From: Catajapyx aquilonaris
Lineage: Eukaryota
Direction: 5' to 3'
Assembly: GCA_000934665.2 (NCBI GenBank)
Contig: KZ538302.1
Span: 62,001 to 89,131 of the forward strand
Length of the DNA stretch: 27,131 nt
The position numbers and the translations under genes are program-made. Shown here one piece after another: positions 20,101 through 27,131 of the stretch; positions within the stretch are counted from its first letter, which is position 1; the number at the start of each line of letters is the position of its first letter. Under the pieces are notes generated by a model. That model saw only the letters and a list, made by a program, of their open reading frames with translations, was not told the origin of the DNA and ran no database searches.

Positions 20101-21337
20101 CTTTGTGTAAATCCGCAATTTGACTGTTGTTTCGGGGCATCCTGCTACACACGAGTTAGCAGCGCACGCCCACACAATGCAACGGCCACCAACTGGCCGA
20201 GACATTGAGCCCGAGTTGGCTGCACCCTAATGTATGCAAATTGGCTGACTAATCCAGTTGTGAATATAAAGCGCCCTCACCCCTTTCATACCGGATCGCA
20301 CATTGCCGCAGCTTTCTTTCAATTAAAATGACATATTTGTGTGCTTAACGCAAGCAAATAAACGCTCCCAATTATCCGGGCTAATGACAATGGTCCTCGA
20401 CATGGTAGAAGCGAGATGTTCAAACTTATCGCACATTTTTATAGTCTTCTGGGGACTATCGTCGGAATTCTGTTTTCCTTTGTTTCGGCGATGCACGATC
20501 ACGAAAATCATTTCTGATGTTACGCAACAGACGGCATGGTCATGTGACACATTTCCTGCCTTCCCATTAACGTCTCTGCACCTTATCAGTTTGTAGCACG
20601 CTACAACCGGAAGAAACTCTTTTGACCACCATATTAGATAACAGGCATGTTCAATCTTTATCCGCAAATTGAGGTCACTGGCGGCCGCTGGCGGCTAATT
20701 TTTAACAAACGCAATGGTATGGCCCACCTTCCAAATGGGCCAAACGTTGCGGTACGTTAAAAGTGGTACATTAAAATCGGCCTTACCTTCCCTTGAGGTC
20801 ATCATTCTCGGCCCGCAGCTTGTTGCACTCCATCTGGCACCTGGCCCTGTCCTTTGAGACCTCATCGAGCGCCTTCCGCGCATCAGTGATCTCCCGATCA
20901 TACATGGACTTCAAGGTGGTCACCTCCTTCTGCCTAATCTCCTGGTGCGTTGTGACCTGCCTGGTGAGCTTGGTGTTCTCCTGCTCCAGGAAGCGCACCT
21001 TGTCGATGTAGCACGCCAGCCTGTCATTGAGGTTCTGCAGCTCCCGCTTCTCCTGGATACGTGAGATGCGGGTCGGAGAGAGCGGGCTGGACGGCCGGCC
21101 TGGAAACGTGCTGCGGTCAGTACCAGTACGGCAGTGGGTGTGCGCAGGGTACTTACCAGCTGCTGTTCCGGATGTGCTTGGGGTAGCCTGTGGCTGTCCG
21201 GCTCCTCCACCGGACGCCGGTGTGGCGGTGCTGGGGGCATGGGTGGCGCTGGAGGACACGGATGCGGCGATGGCAGTGGCCGCGGCCGCCGCAGCCGCCG
21301 CGGCAGCCGACTGCTTCTTGGCCGCCTTGGTCGACAT
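17141..21337 (-). CDS. Lam: B-type nuclear lamin (lamin Dm0-like), 639 aa
   Basis: Exons complement(21157-21337, 20787-21099, 19253-19517, 18975-19184, 18625-18891, 18271-18564, 17915-18136, 17694-17822, 17141-17179); 1920 nt in frame. CDK site [10 protein letters not shown], coil 1[25 protein letters not shown], rod end [37 protein letters not shown], Ig-fold tail ([23 protein letters not shown]), C-terminus [18 protein letters not shown] (CaaX). Confidence 0.97.
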
Positions 21338-21448
21338 CCTCTAGTTGGGTGTAGCGTACGGGGAAGCCTTGTCCTCTGTTACAACACACTGCGTCGGGGG
21401 CCGAGAGGGGCTGGGTTCCTTCAGCCGGGGACAGACGCCAACATGGAG

Positions 21449-21900
21449 CAGAGTTGCCAGATCGTGAGATCGAGTAAATGGTACCAACCCTCGAAATAAA
21501 TGGTACTTTTCCGGAAAAGATGGTACATTTCAAAAATGGCGTAATTAATGTTAATTAGAGACAATTTAAATTTAAATATCCGTAATTAAAAAGTTAAACA
21601 TGATAAAGTAGTCGAAACCGGGGAAAGTAGTAAAGTACTGGCGGGGAGGGAAAAGCGCGCCGCAGGCGAAAAATTTTTTTGGTTCAAGGTCACACAAGTT
21701 TTGGTGAATGTAACCTACTGGGAGATTTGAATAGGTGTATATGTGGTTAAATTGGTATCACTTTTTTCATGGAAGTGGAATTACAGAGTAACATTGGACT
21801 TGACAAAATAATGGTACTTTTTGCGTACCATTATGGTACATGGTACGGAACCCGAAATTATGGTATGAATACCATAATTATGGTACATCTGGTAACACTG
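21449..21900. mobile_element. hAT-family non-autonomous element (MITE) upstream of lamin
   Basis: TIRs CAGAGTTGCCAGAT (21449-21462) / ATCTGGTAACACTG (21887-21900); perfect 8-bp TSD ACATGGAG at 21441-21448 and 21901-21908; multiple subterminal TGGTAC/TGGTAT repeats at both ends. Confidence 0.92.
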
Positions 21901-22029
21901 ACATGGAGGGAGGAGGGGGGAACGCACCGGCCGGGTTGCCAGATGAAGACGACAGGCACGGTACCGCTGCGTACACTGTACGGTGTTCCCCTCCGTCTGG
22001 CCACACTTGGCCTCTCTGCCCGCCAACCC

Positions 22030-22457
22030 GTCACGTGACCTCCCTCCCTCCCCCTTATTTTTCAAGCTGACCTCCCACCGGGAAGTGGGGGGGAAGGGCG
22101 GGGGAGGAGGGAAAAAGAAGCGGTGATGTCATACCGGTGACGTCAGTCAGACATTCCATTCTGTTCGGTACCCGGCAAACCGGTACTGGGCAAATATGTA
22201 CGATGCCGTTAATAATTAATAATAAAATTATGGATAAATAAATTAACGAGCCAGAGCGTACTTATTGACGTCAACCAAACTGATGACGTCATACACGATG
22301 ACGTCATACAGGGAAGTATGACGTCATCGTGTATGAATATCGGTTAGCCGCCCTGTAGTTTTATTATCGGGGTGGTGACGTCGGCATGCCGTGACGTCAC
22401 TGATGGGAGGCAGGCACGTGAAGGCAAACTTAAGATGGCATTCACGTGCCTGCCTCC
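22030..22457. promoter_or_regulatory. Putative cis-regulatory cluster in the lamin/GPCR divergent intergenic region (6 CRE palindromes, E-boxes, G-rich tract)
   Basis: TGACGTCA at 22138, 22266, 22284, 22299, 22319 and 22392; GTCACGTGAC at 22030-22039; two CACGTG in a hairpin at 22406-22457; G-runs at 22087-22111. Function is inferred, not shown. Confidence 0.5.
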
Positions 22458-23049
22458 TTTCAACATGCAGGTCGAACCCAAATGGTCGAACCAGAGTGGG
22501 AGTGGATCCATCCCGATCCATCCAGATGAGAGCTTACATAAAAACCGGTTGTACATTTGGCAACATAGGAGTCGATAGTTTTCGCGCGACTTCCTTTTGC
22601 TGCAAAAAAAATCGTGTGAAAACACTAGTGTTTACAATAGTTGCCGGCAGAGGTGGCGTTGGTCAGCGACACTCTGGAGTGGCCTGAGTGGCCTTGGGAG
22701 GAACGCCTCTTGCGGGGATGACACCAACTGTTTGATACTTTTTTTGTACAGTACTGTACCCGTCAATCACCATCAATATAGGATGGGTAAACTGGCGATA
22801 AAACCTGTCAGATAATAAAAACCAGGGTTTTTCCTCCTCAGTATCGACGACGTACGGATGAACCAGTAGTGCAAACAGTAACACCTAATCTAATCTATGT
22901 AATTTGCATATTGACGGCACACTTTGCACCTGGCAGTGTATACAATGGGGTGGTGCTGATGCAACAGGTCCAGGACTCTCAATCCGGACTCGATTCATCA
23001 CAAGGAATGACTCGGGTGTCTCATGTCCGTCAGTGTGACCACATCAGGG

Positions 23050-24493
23050 ATGAACAGCAGTGGTGACACGTTCTGCGCTAGAGACGACCACGAGACATCC
23101 CTGGTGTGTCTGACCGATGTCCAACCACCCACATGCTGCTATCCGGACTACTCGCCGTACTTCACAGTGATAGGAGGCGTGTATGCACTGGCATGTGGTG
23201 CCATCGGAGGGTTCGGCAACCTGCTGGTACTTGTAGCCTTGCCGTACGCCAGGATGAGGACCACGGATCCTCGAAGTCCCCTGAAGAGCTGTACCACTGT
23301 CCTGTTGCTGAGTCTGAGTCTGGCTGACTGTCTCTACTGTTTCCTGATCCTGTCGGCACAGGGGGTGACCATCCTGTACCGAAAATGGGTCTTGGGTACG
23401 GGGTACTGCTACCTGTTTGCTTTCGCTGGTCATTTCCTGGGAGTGGCATCTCCTAACTCGCTGGCAGCAGCCACTATGAGCAGGTATGTCTTGTACTGTA
23501 GGCTACGGGTACGGCGCGACTCCTTTTACATGTCCTATCGCTGTAAATTCAACTCATCTGTCAACTGCGCCAACCGAGGCACAATGGCCACCTCACATGA
23601 CATTCGATGGTACAGTCTGTACCATCGAGTGTCGATAGTGTGACAAATTGTTTCCAAAGGACGTTGGCATTGTGGTGGCCTGCAGGAGCGGCGATGACCT
23701 TCGAGCCGTACAGCGGTATACCGGCTGTCGTATTGGTCTGGGTCATATCAAGCGCGGTGCCTATTTTAGCAGCGGTGAGTACACAGCAGGTGTCATCATA
23801 TAAGAAGTACGGTACCGGCAACAGTTTCTAATCCAACAGGTACAGCACCAGCTTGGGTACAGCAGGAGACTTGGTCTGTGCGATTTCGTCAATGTGGATG
23901 AGGTGACAGCAAACATTAGTTTCGGATTGGCAGGTGCCCATTCATGTGTCACTGTCCTGGTCTGCATCCTTCTGATATGGGTCAAACTGAGACAGAACTG
24001 GACCAAACTGAAGCAGTTCAAGTAGGTACCGGTACATCGGTGTCACATGTACTGCCACATCGTGTCTTCATCCGTAGAGACATGGGACAAAGCACCCTGA
24101 ATGACCTGAAGGCCAGAGAGCAACGGATGGCAGTCCTTCTGACCTTACTGGCTGGAGTGTATGCCCTGACCACAGTGCCGGTCATCATCATGTTCGAAGT
24201 GTGTCCTGGAGGACCTTTCACGACACCATGCGTGTATTTCTCATGCTATGCCTTCTGCTTCTTCTCCATCAATGTCTTTCTCTATGTCTTCAGGTGATTG
24301 TTATGATATGGATTCGTAAATTATTGATACTTATGGCCATTTTCACAGGATAAAGAGCTACAGAGACGCCATCACCTTATTCTACAACGATGCTCGGACC
24401 TGGATGGGTGCAGTGGTACGGAGGAGTCGACGGAAAATAAATGCTTGCAGTAATATTTTGTATGCTACAGATAATATTGACACTCGTTTTTGA
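23050..24493 (+). CDS. Divergent class A (rhodopsin-like) GPCR, Tre1/Moody-like orphan, 363 aa
   Basis: Exons 23050-23483, 23660-23774, 23840-24021, 24078-24293, 24349-24493; GT-AG; 1092 nt in frame. Seven hydrophobic segments: TM1 GGFGNLLVLVAL, TM2 LLSLSLADCLYC, ECL1 W-x-LG-x-x-x-C, TM3 end TMSRT, TM4 W, ECL2 Cys (GLCD), TM6 REQRMAVLL...TTVP, TM7 SINVFLYVFR, helix 8 KSYRDAI; ends NIDTRF*. Confidence 0.85.
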
Positions 24494-24538
24494 ATAATAA
24501 ATCACGTTTTATTAATAACAATAATTTTTAACCACTAC

Positions 24539-24668
24539 ATGTACTGTACCGACACATTACAGCAGATCACCAGGTTCAAGGACGATACTGTTCACCGCAA
24601 TTAGAGGTTCGCATAGGATTCGCATTGACATGTCACTCACCATGCACGACCGGTTAGAAGACATATGA
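24539..24668 (+). repeat. Duplicated about 125-bp segment upstream of GPCR copy 2
   Basis: ATGTACTGTACCGAC...TTACAGCAGA.CACCAGG..CAAGGACGATACTGTTCA...GCAATTAGAGG...CATGTCACTCACCATGCACGACC is repeated at about 25451-25570. Confidence 0.85.
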
Positions 24669-24722
24669 CACTAGTTACATCCTGTATATCTACAGTCTGT
24701 TGTGACTGGCTTCACAGCCTGG

Positions 24723-25449
24723 ATGAACGTCTCAGTTGCAGAGGATTTCTGTACAAGAGACGACCAGGAGACATCTCGAGTGTGTCGAGCCAATTCCACT
24801 GCGATTGTCACTTATGTACTTCTTGAGCAACAAAAAACAAAACAAAAAAACATGACGTCAGAGTCGGGGATTTTTGATATGTTGTTCAGCATGCCAAATA
24901 GAACATGTGTGAAAATTTCCAGCTTTACATTATTTTTGTCCGGGTAAAAAACCTGATACTTCTGGGCTAATAGCAATTCAAGGACAACAAGGTCAAGTTG
25001 ACCACGCCGAGGTGACACACCAGCTCAGGTGGAGATAACACTGACCGCTTGAGTCAGGGAAACCCCAGGCAACCAGGTAGAGAGAGGAAGATGACCATCC
25101 TTCTGACTATGCTGGTAGCTGTGTACACAAGCACTTCTCTTCCAGTAACATTAATATGGGCTTGTACCAAGGGAGGACCTTGGATTGCACCCTACAATTA
25201 CATAACATGGTTCTTTCTATTCTATTATGTTGTAAACGTCTTCTTATACATCTACAGGTAAAGAATCACACATAGTTTTAGTGAACGATACGTAACATCA
25301 TTTTCAGGGTAAGGAGCTACAGAGATGCAGTTGTTCTGTTCTGGAAAGATGCTAATATCTGGTTACATTCCGTGAAAATCAGACTTACAGAATTAATATG
25401 CAATACCGGAAATAAGGTACGTTTTGCGTTCTTGATCAATTCAACCTAA
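24723..25449 (+). pseudogene. Internally deleted paralog of the upstream GPCR (copy 2)
   Basis: N-terminus MNVSVAEDFCTRDDQETSRVC matches MNSSGDTFCARDDHETSLVC. TM1-TM5 are absent. TM6-TM7 RERKMTILLTMLVAVYTSTSLP...GGPW...VNVFLYIYR (about 25080-25257), a conserved intron, and the last exon RVRSYRDAVVLFWKDANIW...* are present. Confidence 0.8.
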
Positions 25450-25450
25450 T

Positions 25451-25570
25451 ATGTACTGTACCGACCCCTTTACAGCAGACCACCAGGGCCAAGGACGATA
25501 CTGTTCAATGCAATTAGAGGCTCACATTGGCATGTCACTCACCATGCACGACCTGATAGAAGAAATATGA
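25451..25570 (+). repeat. Duplicated segment upstream of GPCR copy 3
   Basis: Direct repeat of about 24539-24668. Confidence 0.85.
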
Positions 25571-25777
25571 TGTAATACTTGTAATAAACTTAACCTCTCC
25601 AAGTTGAGGTTCCAAATAAAGAATAGGTTGAGTCTCACAAAACTCTTGTAAAAGAACTACAAAACTGGGTAAATCAAAACGTTCGTCCTCGAGAGCTGCT
25701 TGATCAGCTTTCTCAAATGTTTCACACTGTGGTATGGCTCGCATGATTGTAGCTTCAGAAATCGGATACCCCTTCCA

Positions 25778-25964
25778 TTTTACTGAAGAGAAGACCAGGA
25801 ACACCAGGAGAAGCATCAGGAGACATCTCGAGTGTGTCTGGCTCTTTTGATCCAAGAGGATCCTTTCTGCTACATACCGGATGCTTCTGAGCTTTTAATA
25901 ACCATTGCGGAATACTATATGTAATATTTTGTACGGCACAGAAAATATGAAGATTCATTTTTGA
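25778..25964 (+). pseudogene. Collapsed GPCR paralog (copy 3): N-terminal ectodomain fused to the last about 15 codons
   Basis: FY*REDQEHQEKHQETSRVCLALLIQEDPFCYIPDASELLITIAE resembles the copy 1 N-terminus and has an in-frame stop. It is followed by GTAATATTTTGTACGGCACAGAAAATATGAAGATTCATTTTTGAATAATAA..., homologous to the copy 1 C-terminus and 3' UTR (24450-24539). Confidence 0.78.
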
Positions 25965-26473
25965 ATAATAAGTCACTTTTTATCAATAACATTAATTTTT
26001 AACCACTACATCAAAGTCAACAAACGAATATTATTGGCTACAAAAATATTACTTGAATATTACTTGACAACGAATATTATTGACAACAAACCAACCAGTC
26101 ACATGCCCAAGAATTGTGACCTCAACAATTGAAGGGCTGCTGGGAAAAAGGGCCTCATCGCAAAATTGTCGAAATTGAGTTAGTGCTGCCATCTTGTAGC
26201 ATTATGCATGAAGTATATCTTCCACTGACTGGTGTCTGCAAAATGGGCCTCATTGCCGTAATACGCCACGTTGAAACATTGGGGAGACCGGGAAAAAGGG
26301 CCCCATTGCATAGGTTTTCCAGCAAGAAGGGCCTCATGTATCCGAAAGGAGGCCCTTCTTCCCGGGAAAAATTCGTGTGCAGAGCATTATTTTAAGAACT
26401 GGATATTATACAGTTTCAGTCAATAAAGAGTCAATAAAGAGCAATGAGTCTGCATCGTTTCAATATTATTACT

Positions 26474-27131
26474 GGGTCATTCCATGTCAATTCACCGAGC
26501 TTTTAAGGAAAATTGACCCTTGGGTTGTCAGATTTTGACGAAAATCGGCGAATCGCTTTAATTACGTCTTTCAAAAATACCATTTGCGCGGTTTTGAGAT
26601 TTACCCCCCCTCCCCGGAGATAGGCCCACCGAAAAAAACGTCCTTTTCGGAAGGTAGGGTTTCAGAAATCGGTCATATCTCGTGAACCAATTGAGCTACA
26701 GACGTCGTAGACCGCTCCCTTAGAAGAGATTCGAGAGCCCAATCTGACTAAGGATTGAAAATTCGCATTTTGACTTTTTTGAAAATTTTGTCCCATTTTC
26801 AAAATTTCAATTTTTTTTAAAAAAAAATCCGCCTATTTTAAAAATCCGATTTTTAAATAATGTTGTAGCTCAGACCCTTTCCCTCACATAGAAAAAAATC
26901 TCAGGAGGACTTTTTTGATTTAAGGAAAATAATTGCATTTGAAGGAACGCATGTGCGCCTTGAAAGTACGCAATGGGGCCAAATATAGGCCCTAATCAGT
27001 CCCAGAATGATCCATGAACTGTGTTATCTAAATCGACACTGTCTTATGGGATGACTAACAGTGTTTTAGAGGAAATGCATGGCATTCATGGCAAAAAATG
27101 CTCATTTTATAATTTTGGCACAATGATTACA
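26474..27131. mobile_element. Possible left end of a DNA transposon running off the window
   Basis: Abrupt start GGGTCATTCCATGTCAATTCACC followed by A/T-tract-rich non-coding sequence typical of DNA-transposon subterminal regions. No partner TIR is in the window, so this is unconfirmed. Confidence 0.4.

Overview
Eukaryotic, arthropod-like genomic DNA with short GT-AG introns; no prokaryotic features, CRISPR arrays or RNA genes were seen. I hand-spliced four protein-coding genes: a 5'-partial TRPM cation channel (+, 1-7643, 8 exons), an ODF3/SHIPPO1-family PGP-repeat protein (-, 9328-10727, 3 exons), a B-type nuclear lamin ending in CaaX CSLM (-, 17141-21337, 9 exons) and a divergent Tre1/Moody-like class A GPCR (+, 23050-24493, 5 exons). 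The GPCR is followed by two internally deleted tandem pseudo-copies. Non-coding DNA carries more than a dozen palindromic MITE-type elements with different target-site signatures (TA, TATT, TTAA, 7 bp, 8 bp), some nested or tandem, plus minisatellites. The most notable unexplained features are a head-to-tail MITE array in TRPM intron 1, a recurrent AAAAAAGCCGTATCTGC motif confined to the TRPM locus, a hAT MITE 112 bp from the lamin start, a cluster of six perfect CRE palindromes, and a possible orphan spliced gene downstream of lamin. I found no clear evidence of a wholly new biological system; the leads are scored accordingly.
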